Below are positions 50,871 through 64,000 of a stretch of 64,000 nucleotides of DNA, in pieces (position 1 is the first letter of the stretch; every line of letters starts with the position of its first letter). The stretch spans positions 33,852,001 to 33,916,000 of the forward strand of contig OX597824.1 of NCBI GenBank assembly GCA_951406725.2, read 5' to 3'. Below the pieces are notes generated by a model. That model was not told the DNA's origin and made no database searches. It saw only the letters and a program-made list of their open reading frames with translations. The position numbers were made by a program, and so were the translations under genes. This DNA comes from Octopus vulgaris (Eukaryota).

Positions 50871-51737
50871 AATAATAATGGTGGTGGTGGTGGTGATGAT
50901 GATGATGATGATGATGATGATAATGGTTTCAATTTTGGTGCAAGGCCAACAATTTCAGGGTAGGAGGTTAAGTCAATAACATTGGCCCTAATGCTCAATT
51001 GTAACTCATTTTATCAACCTCAAAAGGATAAAAAGGCAAAGTCGACCCAGGCAGCATTTAAACTCTAAATGAAAAGTTGGAAGAAATGCTGCTAAGCACT
51101 TTTGTCTGGCACAGTAACAATTCTACCAGCTTGCTGCTTTCTGAATAATAATAATTCAAAACACTCCAACATATCACATTTCTGAAAGTGATCTCTTTGA
51201 AGAGGAATTCTTCTGTAATGAGTGTTAGATATTTTTATGTCTGCAACAAAATATTTCTTCTTCTATCTGACCAACATTCATCATTTTTTTTTTTCCTTTA
51301 GCCTCTATTGGCTCTTTTCAGTACCAACCACTATTAGTCCTTAAAAATCTTAAGGATTATTTTTCACTGACCCCTAAAGTTTAGGCATTATTGTGACCCC
51401 CTTCAGTCATTAATGACTATAGGATTGCACCTAGAAAGTTACCCTCCGAGGCACAAGCCTGGGCAAGGTTGTTTATGGAAGACCAGCAGTCGCCCATGCA
51501 TACCAGCCTCCCCTCTCCATGCCACCAGTGTTATCCAAGGGAAAGGCAAATGGGGCCGATACAGCTTGGCACCTGTGACATTGCAATAAACACTCACAAT
51601 GCCCAGTCTGGCAATCGAAACCGCAATCCTACAACCATGAGTCCACTGCCCTAACCACTGGGCCATTGCGCCTCCGCAAGTTTAGGCATATTACAGTAAT
51701 AAATAACAAAGAAAAAAGAAAGAAATAACTAAAAAAC

Positions 51738-51821
51738 CTCTAAAAGTTGATCTCCTGGTAAAAGACGGTTATCTCTTGCAACAACGCCATCTGGAAAGAT
51801 TTCTTGAATGACAATACACAA
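51738..51821 (-). CDS. LNX2: LNX-like exon, PDZ1
   Basis: [28 protein letters not shown], 84 nt. Confidence 0.93.
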
Positions 51822-51939
51822 CTGGAAGAGATAATGGAACAATAATTAACTATTACTAAATTAACAAAAACAATGTATTGCAATGATTATACAAACATGT
51901 AATCCTTATTTTTATACAAAAATTTTATGAATTTATTTA

Positions 51940-52310
51940 CTGGTACAGACATGGCTCTGTGGTTAAGAAGTTCACTTTGCAACCACATGGTTCTGAGTTC
52001 AGTCCCAGGGTGTGGCACGTTAGGCTAATGTCTTCTACCATAGCCCTGAGCCAACCAATGTCTTGGGAGTGAATTTGGTAGATGGAAACTGTACTGAAGC
52101 CCATCATATAAGTGTATGTGTTTGTCACCCAACCACCATCACTTGATAACTGGTGCTGGTTTGTTTATATCCTTGTAACCTAGCAGTTCAGCAAAAGCGA
52201 CTAATAGAATAAGTGCCAGACTTTATAAAAATAAGTACTGGGGTCAACTAGTTAGACTAAACCATTCAAAGTGGTGCCCCAGCATGGCCATAGTCCAATG
52301 ATTAAAAAAC
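51940..52310 (+). mobile_element. SINE family A (older copy)
   Basis: Homology to family A. Confidence 0.75.
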
Positions 52311-52773
52311 AAAAGATTATTAATGAGATTTTACAAACAAATCTAAATGCCTGAATATTTTTTAAAATAATCATACACTTTACATTTGCCAAAAAAGTAA
52401 TGAAAGGAGAATTTGAACATTTTAATGAGTATGGATCACTAGTTAATTAGTTAATCATCATAATCATTTAACGTCCATTTCCCATGCTGGCATGAGTTGA
52501 GCAGTTTGACTGGAGCTGGTAAGACAGGAGGTTGCACCAGGCACCATTGTCTGCTCTGGCATGGTCTCTACAGCTGGATACCTTTCCTAATACCAACCAC
52601 TCCACCAAGTGTACTGGTGGCACCAGTTCCAATGCTTTTAACGTAGGATCAGTACAAGTATTGTAATTAACTTAATTAGTTAATCAATAGGTGTTCTAAT
52701 GAACATCATGAGTCTTGAACTTGCCCTGGATATTTTCCTGTCTGCATATTCCTAACTAAACTATTGAACTTAC

Positions 52774-52874
52774 CAAAGGAGTATCTGATCCGCCGACAAT
52801 ACTGATACCAAGTTCTGGACTTGTTCTTTGAATTTCTATAGTGGAAACTTCCCCATCAATGACTGGATTTTTAG
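52774..52874 (-). CDS. LNX2: LNX-like exon, start of PDZ1
   Basis: KNPVIDGEVSTIEIQRTSPELGISIVGGSDTPL, resembling vertebrate LNX LGISIVGGNETPL. Confidence 0.93.
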
Positions 52875-53189
52875 CTAAAATAAAGAAAAAATAAAATATA
52901 TTAATGCATTCATCAGCTTAGTCTTATTAACTTTGTTTAAAAAATTTTTTAAATCATTTGTTTTAACAGTGGAACCCATGTCTGTGTGGTATGAAGTTTG
53001 CTTCTCACCCATATGATTCCAGATTCAGTACCACTGTGTAGTACCTTGGGTAAGGTGTTTTCTACCATAGCTTTATGCTGACCAAAGCCTTGTGAGTGGA
53101 TTTGGTAGATGGAAACTGAAAAAAGCCCATTGTATATATATATATATTTATTTCGTCTTTGTATTTGGTTTGTATTTGAGTAGGGAATA

Positions 53190-53870
53190 TTGTGGTTATC
53201 ATTATCCTACTTCTTCTCACAGGTATTACAACCTCTCATTGAAATGTCCCCCAATGTCTATGTGAGCACGGAGAATCTCTTCAGTAGAATCAGTAGTTGT
53301 AACCACTCCAACGACCTCACAGGTGTAGTAGGTAGTATGGATGTAGTTTCACTCTACTCCTCTATAGACAGATTTTACTGTGAAAAAATGCATTGAAATT
53401 ATCTGTGAGAGTGATGTAGAGTTCTACAAAGTCAACATGAGGGAACTGGGCCTCCTCCTTAAACTAAGCTATGAATGTAACTACCTAGACAACCAAGACC
53501 TTAGAAGATTCTGCCCCGCCAGGTCACAGAGGGGAAGACCATCCACCATCACCTTGGTAGTGAAGAAAAGCACCACAGGGCTTTGTCTATCTACTTTCCT
53601 CTTTGTGATTTTGGATAATAAGAAAACTATACAAATCCTTCGAATTTAACTAAATTCTATATTTTTATGCAGCTGAAGATTGTTCTACATTTTAAAATTG
53701 ATGTAATATTTGCACTGTTCAATTAAATGGAGTCACATGAAACGATCGTACTGCATTACCTCTGGATATTCTTGTTGCTTATTTTGATTATAATCACCCC
53801 ATTTTGAATTATATGGACAATACCATACTTAATTCTGGTGCCTTTAAGTACCATAGTCAACTGAATCTAA
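53190..53870 (+). mobile_element. Penelope-like element fragment (RT remnant plus pLTR with hammerhead motif)
   Basis: VGSMDVVSLYSSID resembles the PLE RT S-x-DV-x-SL(Y/F) motif. A hammerhead-like motif follows at 53667-53756. Confidence 0.65.
53667..53756 (+). ncRNA. Type I hammerhead ribozyme-like motif
   Basis: ATGCAG-CTGAAGA-[long, decayed stem II]-GAAACGATCGTA-CTGCAT. Stem I has 6 perfect pairs, stem III is the palindrome ACGATCGT, and the cleavage triplet is GUA. Confidence 0.65.
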
Positions 53871-54018
53871 ATTTTACTGAACTTATATGTGTGTGTGTGT
53901 GTGTATCTATGTATATATATATTTATGTGTGCATGCTTTTGTATCTGTGCTTACCCCCAACCAGCACCTGACAACCAGTGTTATATATACAGCTTTTAAC
54001 CACACAGTTGTATAAGAA

Positions 54019-54050
<32 letters not shown>

Positions 54051-55569
54051 ATACATCATTGTACAATTGATTGATAAAGTAGCAAAACTGTTTCTCAAGA
54101 TGATAGGGCACAGATTATCGCAGGGAGCTTTACTTGAAATACTCATGCCTAATTCTGAACAGCCAGATAAATTGAGGTACATGGAATAGTTTCCTCCAGA
54201 GCTAGACTACAACAAAATATCGCAGTAGGCATGGCTGTCTAGTACAGGAGTTTGCTTCTCAACCACATGGATCCAGGTTCAGTCCCACAGCATGGCACCT
54301 TGGGCATGTGTCTTCTCCTATAGCCTCAAGGGCTAACCAAAACATTGTGAATGGATTTGGTAGACGCAAACTGAAAGAAGCCTATTGTGTGTAGATATCA
54401 TCATCATCATCATTTAACATTTGTTTTCTATGCTGGAGTGGGTTGGATGGTTTGACCAGAGCTGGTAAGGCCAGGGGCAGCATCAGGCTTCATTGTCTGT
54501 TCTGGCATGGTTTCTACAGCTGAATGCACTTCCCAAAGCCAACCACTCCACAGAGTGTACTAAGTGCTTTTTATGTGCACCACTATGCGTGTGTGCATGC
54601 AAAATATATGTATGTATGTCTATTTTTGTCCCCCACCACTGCTTAATAACCTGTAACTTAGCAGTTCAGCAAAAGACCAATAGAATGAGTACACCAGGCT
54701 TACTGAAAAATGAGCGCTGGAGTCAATTCATTTGATTAAAAATTCTTTATGGCAGTGCCTTAGCATGGTTGCAGTCTAATGACTGAAACAAGTAGAAACA
54801 TAAAAGACAAATAAGAACCTCACAAACCAGTTGCAGGCAAACATGAGTGATTAGCAAACCATCAATAAACCACCTCTTTGATTCAACAAACAACCATTTT
54901 ATGGGAGTTCTGCCAGATATTTGTTTACAAATGCTATTTTTCAAATAGTCTGTTTAAACGGTAAGACACACTTTCTCTTGTGGTCAATATAAACTATGAT
55001 CAATGAAAACTATTGAACAGCAGGCATTTGGAAGAACAAGTACATTAGGTTTATTGACTGCTCAACAGGGAAATTTTAAAATCAAAACTTCAGTATTTTG
55101 TAATATCTGAAATATACCTACGCATTTCACAGATTTTCATAACTAGAGGGGTAATTTGTTAAGCTTATTTATATAGCCAGGAGGTACCATGTGTGGTTAG
55201 GGTGCTGTACCCATGATGGCAGGATCATGGTTTTGATTCCTAATCCAGGTAGTGTGTTGTGTTCTTGAGCAAAACCCTTCATTTCACATTACTCTAGCCA
55301 AGTCCAGCTGTAAATGAATAAGCTTGCAATGGACTGGCTTCTTGTTCAAGGGGGGAAATGTCATGGTCTCAGTCATTTATATAACATGGAAACTGGGCGA
55401 CCAGCCCTATGAGTTCTGGGACTCAACACAGTAAAATCTAGGGGTTAATAATGACGATGATGACGACAACAACGATGACAACAATGATGATCATTCATGA
55501 ACCCAAACAATACTAGGTTCTTGATGATTTTAGAATAAAGCAATATCCTTGGCATAAGTTGCTCCTTAC

Positions 55570-55685
55570 CAGCTTGTTGATCTTTATAAGGGCACTCCCA
55601 AAGATGACTCTGAAGTGCACTTCTAGGCCCTTGAAACACACATCCTAAACTGGCTTTGATGCATTTCGTTACAGCACCACGGCAT
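55570..55685 (-). CDS. LNX2: LNX1/2-like E3 ligase/PDZ scaffold, first exon visible (TRAF-type Zn finger)
   Basis: CRGAVTKCIKASLGCVFQGPRSALQSHLWECPYKDQQA, pattern C-x6-C-x11-H-x3-C. AG/GT bounded and phase-compatible with the next exon. Confidence 0.85.
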
Positions 55686-55862
55686 CTGAAAAATAATAGA
55701 AGTAATTCTGTTACAAAAAACCCTTCAATAAATGCTTTATACACCCCCAATACATTATCTTGAATTTTATATTGGGCAAGCGCCATGCAAGCATGGGAAA
55801 AATAAACAGAAGTAAAAAGATAATATTGTTTGTTTATATATATATATATATATATAAATATA

Positions 55863-55926
<64 letters not shown>

Positions 55927-58594
55927 CTCTATAACTGGCCCTACATTGCTCTGTTGTAAGTAAGGACTCTTTTTAATCCAAGCCTAAGGGCAAGATAACT
56001 CTGAAAGAAACCTCTAAAGAAGAGATCACCTTGTAACTGTGGTGTGCATGTAGACACACTAACATGCAGGTAGACACACTCTGATATCCAGCAGACTTTA
56101 TCCACAGACTAAATGATAACCAATCAACAGTTAGCCTCACTCACCTCACATCCAATCAACATATCCTCTCACTTCTATTCGCTTTCAGTTATAGGGGTCA
56201 CTCTAGGTCACTTACTCTTGCAATTTACAAGGTGACCACACAAGTGTTAATGCCATGACAAAAAAAAAATACAATATACTTTGTAAAGCAGTTGGTGTTT
56301 GGAAGAGCATCCAACTGTAGAAACCATATCAAAATAGAAAACAGAGCACAATGCAGTCCTCCAGCTCATCAGAGCCCTGTCAAACCATCCAGGCCATGCC
56401 AGTATGGATGACAGATTTTAAACGATGACAATAGGTAGGCATTGTGTCAGCAACTCAATACTGGGAGTCGTCATCTCAACAAACATATGCAGCAGAGAGA
56501 CAGTGGTTGTGGGACAGAAGAGGGACAAAGCCAAAAGAGTGAAGAGCTAAAGACAAACACTGTAGGATTCTAGATAAAAGGGGATGAAATGAAGTTGCAG
56601 GAATGGATACAAGAGAGAGAGAGAGAGAGTATGCGTGTATGCTACTGGTCAACTGATTGTTCATTTGTATTACAAGAAAGAGAATCGTCTTGTCAGGAAT
56701 CAATTTAATTTTTATATTTTTGGTAGTGAAGTGAATGGAATGAAGCATATCATTTAATCTTTATATATTTATGAGTAATTCAATTTTCTTTTCTTTTTTT
56801 CTACTTTTGTTTCAACTATAAAGTCCTTAATGCCAATATACAATATACATATGAAGTTAACAAGAGTGTAGTGTAATACTACATTATTTACTTCATTGAA
56901 GGAGAAAGAATAGGTGAAAACATTTTGGCAAGATATCTATAAAGGAAAGATGTATGATGAAAGCATTTTATTTGGAAGAATTTAATTTTGATTGTGTTGG
57001 GCAGAGACAGAGGGAGAGAGAGAAAAGTCAACTTAATTTGAAATTTATATAAAAACAGATTTTTTTTTTGTTTTTACAACAAACCTAAGTTAGTTTCTTG
57101 CCAGCAAAAATAACCACTGCAGCTGCTGGCACAATAACAGCTGCAGTTATGTCAAGGCCATTTCTCAGTTGTACTGCTAAAAGAAGATGTTTAATTTTAG
57201 CCTATGTTTGCGACTAGCATCGTACATAAATATTGGAGAATCATAGTTTGTTTGGTTAAAAAATTTTGTAGCAATGTAAACTGTCAATCTATGTTATTGA
57301 TTTCTGTTGCAAGGGATAGAAAATTTCCTTGTCAAGAATCAATTATGTGGGTGTGTATATAGATATAGATATATTTATTTATGTGTGTGTGTGTATATAT
57401 ATAGATATATTTATGTGTGTGTGTGTGTATATATATAGATAGATAGAGAGAGAGATGTATGTATATATTTCAACAGGAAGTAAATATAAAGTATATAGCC
57501 TTTATGCACTTAATTCAATTTCTTTCTTTCTTTTTTTTACCCCTTTCCATTCAACTATCAAGTCTTTAATATTTGTATATAGCTGCCATTTCGATTTGAC
57601 TGAATCTCTTCAGTACAAAGCGTCTAAAGGTTTATTAATTATATATTACTACCAGAACCTGTGGAAATTCCACAGAATGAAAATAAAGAGGAGCTATTTA
57701 AGAAAGAAAGGATGATTTGCATTTTTATTGCATATAAATCTTATTGTTGCCTGTGCAATAAATGATTAATAACAATCTATACAATACTTAATACACATAT
57801 CATTCATTAGTATTTAATTCTATCGAAACTGCAAGATCAATATCTAATTGCATATTCCTTATTACGTAATATCTTAACATAATTACATTACATTATATAC
57901 AATTAATGTAAACAAAATGATATAGAGAATATGCACAATGTTTTTATTTGCATGATTAACTTTAATTCCATTGCAAATTAAATAAAAATAACATCCACAG
58001 CTAATTTGTCAAGTTATTTCACTTCCGGGCACAATAATATATTATCTGATTTTAAAATTTCCCTCTGCCAAACATTTAATATTTCTCTCACACTCTCTTT
58101 CTCTTTCTCCCTCCCTCCCTCCTTTTCTCTCTACTTCTTACTTCAACAAACTTCTTAACCATGTAATTCCCCTCTTCACATTGATAACATCTCTCTCTTT
58201 CTCTTCACCTCTGACTTCAACTAACCACATGAGTGACAGTGCGGTTAGTGGGAAGCAGGTATCTGCTATCTCATGCAATCCCCCCTCCCTTTCTCTCACA
58301 CCAACTCTCTTTAACAAACTAAAGAACAAACAAACAAGCAGAATTATAATATAGATTTATTTCACAGCAGAGAAAACATTTTGGCAAAAAGAGAAATAGG
58401 GAAGATATATGACAAAAGTTATTTTATATATATATATATATATATAAATGTGTGTGTGTGTGTGTGTGTGTGTATCATCATCATTTTAATATGTATGTTT
58501 CTATGCTTCATGGTTTAGATGGAATTCATTGAGACAGATTTTCAATAGTAAGATGTTCTTTCTGTTGCCAACCCTCACCTGTTGCCAAGCAAAG

Positions 58595-59370
58595 TATTGG
58601 ATCGTCTGATAAATCCAATCATTTCTTTCCTATGTTATTTGAATTAACAGGAAAAATATCTTCATCATACGGGTTTAATGCAGGGGAAGTGCTGTAGATC
58701 TATTCTTCCTCCAGTGCTTTCAAAATCTGAATAAATTTTACCTCTTTTCAAATATATAACAATGGAGTATAAAGTAGAAAAAAGTGAGCACTTTTGACAC
58801 GTGCTTCTGTTTACTTTCAAACAAGGTCCCAAAGCTGCCAAAGCTACTCAAGCCATTTGTGCTATGCATAGCAAAGGTGCTGCTTTTCATACTTCAAGTA
58901 GGAGGAAATTCAAATTCACAGGCTGTGTGTTCCAGTCAACCTGTGTAGTTCAATGAGGATTGATTGAACAAACTCATCCATGAAGATCCACACCAATCCA
59001 TTACGGAATTGGCCCAGCAGATGAGATGCTCCTATGATGCCATTATCCACCAGCTTCATTTGATGGGTAAGGTCCAAAAACTCAGTACATGAATACCACA
59101 TGCTCCAGATAAAAGAGACAAGCTCCAATGTTTCTTTATTGCAGCCAGTTTTCTCACTCAACACTGAGTTACTCATTAACACAGATTTTTTCAACTCGTC
59201 ATCACCAGTAAAGAAAAACTGGTGTCCTCATGGCAATATGAAGCAAAAGAAAGAATGGTCAAGTCACAACAAGCAAGAAACACCTTGAACAAAGCCAGAA
59301 CAGTATTTATGCAAGACAATGGTCTGTGTTTGGTGAGACTGCAAAGGGTTATTGACTGATTTGTTAAATT
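58595..59370 (+). mobile_element. Degenerate mariner transposon
   Basis: From about 58762: MEYKVEKSEHF*HVLLFTFKQGPKAAKATQAICAMH (mariner N-terminal HTH-like), then decayed TGDEKW-like and MVCVWxD-like segments. Confidence 0.75.
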
Positions 59371-59574
59371 TTTTATGAAAAATAATGATTAATATAAATG
59401 AGAAGCCCAATAATTCCTGTGACTTACAGAGAAGATTTATTCGAGTAAGCTCAATTGGATGATGATGATCACAGAAGAATGGTTATGAAGGACACTGCGT
59501 GTTCAAAAGTGACATTTGTTTTACTATCACATATTAAGGCAAGGAGACACAAACATGTATATCTCTCTATATAT

Positions 59575-59925
59575 GGCCGATGCCAGTGCCGCCTAGACTG
59601 GCTTCCGTGCCGGTGACACGTAAAAAGCACCATCCGAACATAGCCGATGCCAGCGCCACCTTGACTGGCTTCCATGCCGGTGGCACACAAAAAGCACCAA
59701 TCCGATCGTGGCCGTTGCCAGCCTCGCCTGGCACCTGTGCCGGTGGCACGTAAAAAGCACCCACTACACTCACGGAATGGTTGGCGTTAGGAAGGGCATC
59801 CAGCTGTAGAAACACTGCCAGCTCAGACTGGAGCCTGGTGCAGCCTCCTGGCTTCCCAGATCCCTGGTTGAACCGTCCAACACATGCTAGCATGGAGAAC
59901 AGACGTTAAACGATGATGATGATGA
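59575..59925 (+). mobile_element. Family-C element
   Basis: Three ~60-bp units plus the tail and (GAT)n. Confidence 0.8.
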
Positions 59926-60255
59926 AGCAGCTCTAATAATGCAAACATTACTGATACCACATACATACTGTACGTTTTTTTCTTTTCTTTTATGCACTCA
60001 TAAGCTGCAGGATAGCACCAATGGGAAAATTTCCTTTAAGATGCTGAGTGTTTAAAAGACACTGAATACCTTGAGTAAGATGAGACAACTCACCCTGTAA
60101 GTGATCGAGAATTGTGGATATAGATATATTGCTGTATTTTGCAGCTCCACGGCATTGTGTACTCAAGTTACCTTGGAACAAATTGAGATCACTGATCTGT
60201 GGTATATATGTAAATAATGTAGTCTATTTGCTGATGTGCAACAGCACTGCACAGG

Positions 60256-60301
<46 letters not shown>

Positions 60302-60386
60302 AGAGTTTACGAAAAAAACAAAAGACGAAGACAGGTGGTGTACAAAACAAACAGATATTAGTGTAACGCTCAGGAATAGAAAAAGT

Positions 60387-60422
60387 CTTTTACGTTTCGA
60401 GCCTACGCTCTTCTACAGAAAG
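60387..60422 (-). ncRNA. Minimal hammerhead-like motif (CUGUAGA variant) in a pLTR-like repeat
   Basis: CTTT-CTGTAGA-A-GAGC-gtag-GCTC-GAAACGTA-AAAG. The element (about 60299-60480) abuts a (TA)n tract. Confidence 0.5.
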
Positions 60423-60526
60423 GGACATAGAAAAAAACAAGGAGAAAACAAATGTGTGTAGTGGCTAACAATCTATTATGGCGGATAATTATTATTATCA
60501 TTATTACTATTATTATGTTCTTTTTG

Positions 60527-60732
60527 TTCTTTTACTTGTTTGCCATTTGACTGCGGCCATGCTGGAGCACCGCCTTTAATTGAGCAAATTGACCCCAGAA
60601 CTTATTCTTTGTAAGCCTAGTACTAATTCTATCAGTTTCTTTTGCCGAACCGCTAAGTTACGGGGACATAAACACACCAGCATCGGTTGTCAAGCGATGT
60701 TGGTGGGGACAAACACAGACATACAAACATAT

Positions 60733-60763
<31 letters not shown>

Positions 60764-60926
60764 CGACAGGCTTCTTCCAGTTTCCGTCTATCAAATCCAC
60801 TCACAAGGCTTTGGTCGGCCCGAGGCTATAGTAGAAGACACTTGCCCAAGGTGCCACGCAGTGGAACTAAACCCGGAACCATGTGGTTGGTAAGCAAGCT
60901 ACTTACCACACAGCCACTCCTACGCC
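60527..60926 (-). mobile_element. SINE family A
   Basis: Full-length reverse copy. Confidence 0.85.
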
Positions 60927-60928
60927 TA

Positions 60929-60970
<42 letters not shown>

Positions 60971-62283
60971 CGAAGGCAGTGAGCTGACAGAATTGTTAGC
61001 ATGCCGGGCAAAATGCATAACAGCATTTCTTCTGTCTTCTTGTTTTAAGTTCAAATTCCAGTGAGGTCAACTTTGCCTTTCATTTTTTCATGTCAATAAA
61101 TTGAGGTCGATATAATCGATCAGTCCCCTCCCCACAAATTTCAGGCCATGTGCCTTTAATGGAAAGGGTTATCACTATTATTATTATATATACACATTAG
61201 GCTTATTTCAGCTTCCGTTTGCCAAATCCACTCATCATATCATAAGGAACAGTCCTCCCACACACTTTTTAAGCTCTTAACACAGCCTACCCAGACCTGC
61301 ACAAAATGTATACCCATGTAGACAGCATCACAGCCACATCCTGCTCCCATTTTCCAGATACTGCTACACACCTGAACACTTAAAACCTGGCTCAAAACAA
61401 ATTAGGTAGGTATCACTTCCCTACTCTTTAATTTAAATATATAGTAGTATTTCTTTTTTTTTAGAATTTCCTGATATTGCTCCTAGTATTTTGGTTAATT
61501 AAAGACACTTGAGATGATAATTTCAGTTGAAAACTCATAACTCATCAATGAAGTAAATGTTTGTATAAGAGCTTATAATCACTCCCAAATAATTTTATCG
61601 CTAATTGATAATTAAGTAATTTGATCAAGCATATGATGATATGACTATCTGATATACATGTCAACTTCAATCTCTACAATCTTTCACTCAAATCAGATAA
61701 ATCTATTTAAGTGATTTTTCAACCCGCTTCCCCTTACTGTTAACGCTTCTTTTTTTTTTTTTTCTTGCTTCTTTTTTCATTTCTTTCCACTAATTTACAT
61801 TTTTTCTTTTCTTTTTTCTTCCACTGCAAAATCCCACCCCACCAACTGAATTTGCTAAACCCTATCTTAATCCTCACCAAAACCTACCCAAATGTCATTT
61901 GCTACCATCACTAAATAACGGAAACAACTTTTCTGCTTTGTAATCCTATCCTTCTGTGATTTCCCTCTGCCTTGAACATTTTTAAACATATTACTCATAT
62001 CATCTTCAGTCTTCTAACCTTTCACTGGTTCAAAAACCATTCCTTTTTCCTAAGAAAATAGAAGGTACAGCTTCGTGATTTCCATCAAATCAATTTGGAT
62101 CCCTGTCGAAATTTTATCAATAATAAAATTAAGAATAGAACAACCATCCAACCCATGCCAACATGGAACATGATGTTAAATAATGATCAACATCATCATT
62201 ATTTCTCATTATAAAGAAGTAGTTTGAATATGTTACAAGAGTTTCCATGAAATCTACTCCCACCTAAAAATAATTACAGCCTG

Positions 62284-62390
62284 TTAAGGCCCTCATGCTT
62301 TCCGAAATCCGTCGAAACTACACCTGATTATATATGCACTTTAGATGAGTTGTAGTGCACCTGAGCACTGTACACAATGTTTATTATTAT
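62284..62390 (+). mobile_element. Extreme 3' end of the same LINE
   Basis: About 100 nt near-identical to 42837-42940. Confidence 0.85.
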
Positions 62391-62669
62391 TTTATTTTTA
62401 TACTATAGTTAGTAAATTAATTTCTGAATATACCAGAAGGACTATATTGCAAATATGATCCCAAAGCAGTTATCTCAAAAAGTAAAGCATTTTCCTATTT
62501 TGAAGACGACATAAACAAAATTAACCAAAGTAATTTCTTCAACAATTTGTTGCTTTCCTGGAAGCAGAGAGAACAGCCAAATAGATTAAGATTTTATTTT
62601 GTATGCAATCAGATATATATCCTTATATGGTTTTGCATGTATGTATGTATATATATTCTTTTCTTTCTT

Positions 62670-63100
62670 TTATTCTTTTACTTGTTTCAGTCATTTGACT
62701 GTGTCCATGCTGGAGCACCGCCTTTAGTCAAGCAAATCGACCCCAGAGCTTATTCACTGTAAGCGTAGTATTTATTCTATTGGTCTCCTTTGCCGAACCG
62801 CTAAGTTACGGGGACGTAAACACACCAGCATCGGTTGTCAAGCAATGTTGGGGGGACAAACACAGACACACAAACATATACACACACACACTCACACACA
62901 CACACACACATATTTATATATATATATATATATATACATATACGACGGGCTTCTTCCAGTTTCTGGCTACCAAATCCACTCACAAGGCTTTGGTCAGCCT
63001 GAAGCTCTAGTAGAAGACACTTGCCCAAGGTGCCATGCAGTGGGATTGAACCCATGACCATGCGGTTGGCAAGCAGGCTACTTACCACACATCCACTCCT
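62670..63100 (-). mobile_element. SINE family A
   Basis: Full-length reverse copy. Confidence 0.85.
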
Positions 63101-64000
63101 CATCATCATCATTTAATGTCCACCTTCCATGCTGACAAGGGTTGGACAGTTTGACAGGAGCTGGCCAGGCAGAAGACTACACCAGACTTCTGTGTCTGCT
63201 TTGACATGGTTTTTATGGCTGGATGCCCTTCATAACACCAACCATGTTGACATGAGCGTGATTGTTGAACAGGGGCTAACAAACCAGAGGACTGTGCCAA
63301 GCTCCAATGTCTGTCTTGGTATGTTTTCTATGGCTGAATGCCTTCGTAATGCCAACCCCTTTACAAAGTTCACTGGGTACTCTTTTCCCTGGCACTAGTG
63401 AGGTCACCATACAACTCATAAGACTAAGATCTCCTTTGACTGAATGGGGCCACTGTGGAAAGGAAGGTGACTTTATGATAGGAGATGAAGGGTTAAAGTA
63501 TGGGGGAAGGGATAGAACAGATTTCTTAGAGTAAAAGGGCTACATGACTAAGCCACACTATAGAAGACAAGATGGGAATAGCCAAGGTAGAGCTGAAAAG
63601 AGAGATGAAGTAGTGATGATGAGGTGTCAGGGTGGATCTCAAGATATGAGGTGAGTAGAAGTGGTTGTAGGTGGGTAGAGGGAGAATGAGAGATGATTAG
63701 ATGGGGAACAACCGAAGGAGTGAATTTAATGAACAGAGAATAGAAAGAGAGAGTATGTGTGTGTGTGTTTATAAGTGTAAATTAGTATGCCAACTTACAT
63801 TCCTTTATGTTGCAAACAACAACTGAGCCTTTTAGTAAATAAAAATAATGTACCAGACTCAAGCACGTACTGTGGTAAAATGCGATCGAATAAAACCGTT
63901 GAAAGCAGTACCCCTAGTAGAGTATAACCACAGACTGATGACTATAATCGAATAAAAGAATTGTTTTATTTCATTTTTATGTCCACTTTTACCATGGGTT

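Noticed and set aside
60094-60196. Possible extra or alternative first LNX exon (cag|ATC...CAGG|gtgagt). One frame contains CRGA, another starts MPWSCK and is phase-compatible with 55685.
   Set aside because: The acceptor is weak, there is no RING or Zn-finger similarity, and the expected upstream exon should end in an H-x-x-x-R-like segment. It cannot be supported without RNA-seq.

Overview
AT-rich, repeat-dense animal genomic DNA. The SINE families and microsatellite style suggest a coleoid cephalopod, most likely Octopus; this is an inference. Two intron-rich protein-coding genes lie on the minus strand, assembled here by hand from GT-AG boundaries with consistent phases. (1) GTPBP2: 8 exons from ATG 17528 down to 2661 (376 codons), continuing past the left edge. 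(2) An LNX1/2-like gene: 12 exons, 55685 to the stop at 34267, encoding a TRAF-type Zn finger, four PDZ domains and a C-terminal WPGTFV; the RING exons were not found in the window. The rest is mostly mobile-element debris: at least four SINE-like families, a CR1/L2-type LINE with an open 500-aa RT ORF, Helitron remnants, mariner/Tc1, hAT, piggyBac-like and Merlin-like MITEs, and several long palindromes. The most unusual signal is a set of minimal, Penelope-type hammerhead-ribozyme (HHR) motifs. Two copies of a composite element join a tRNA-like Pol III head to an HHR tail and carry an inverted second HHR. A back-to-back HHR pair has a swapped G3:C8 core. One HHR sits next to a Penelope RT remnant, and one has an A6U core. 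Most ORFs in the supplied track are spurious translations of repeats.
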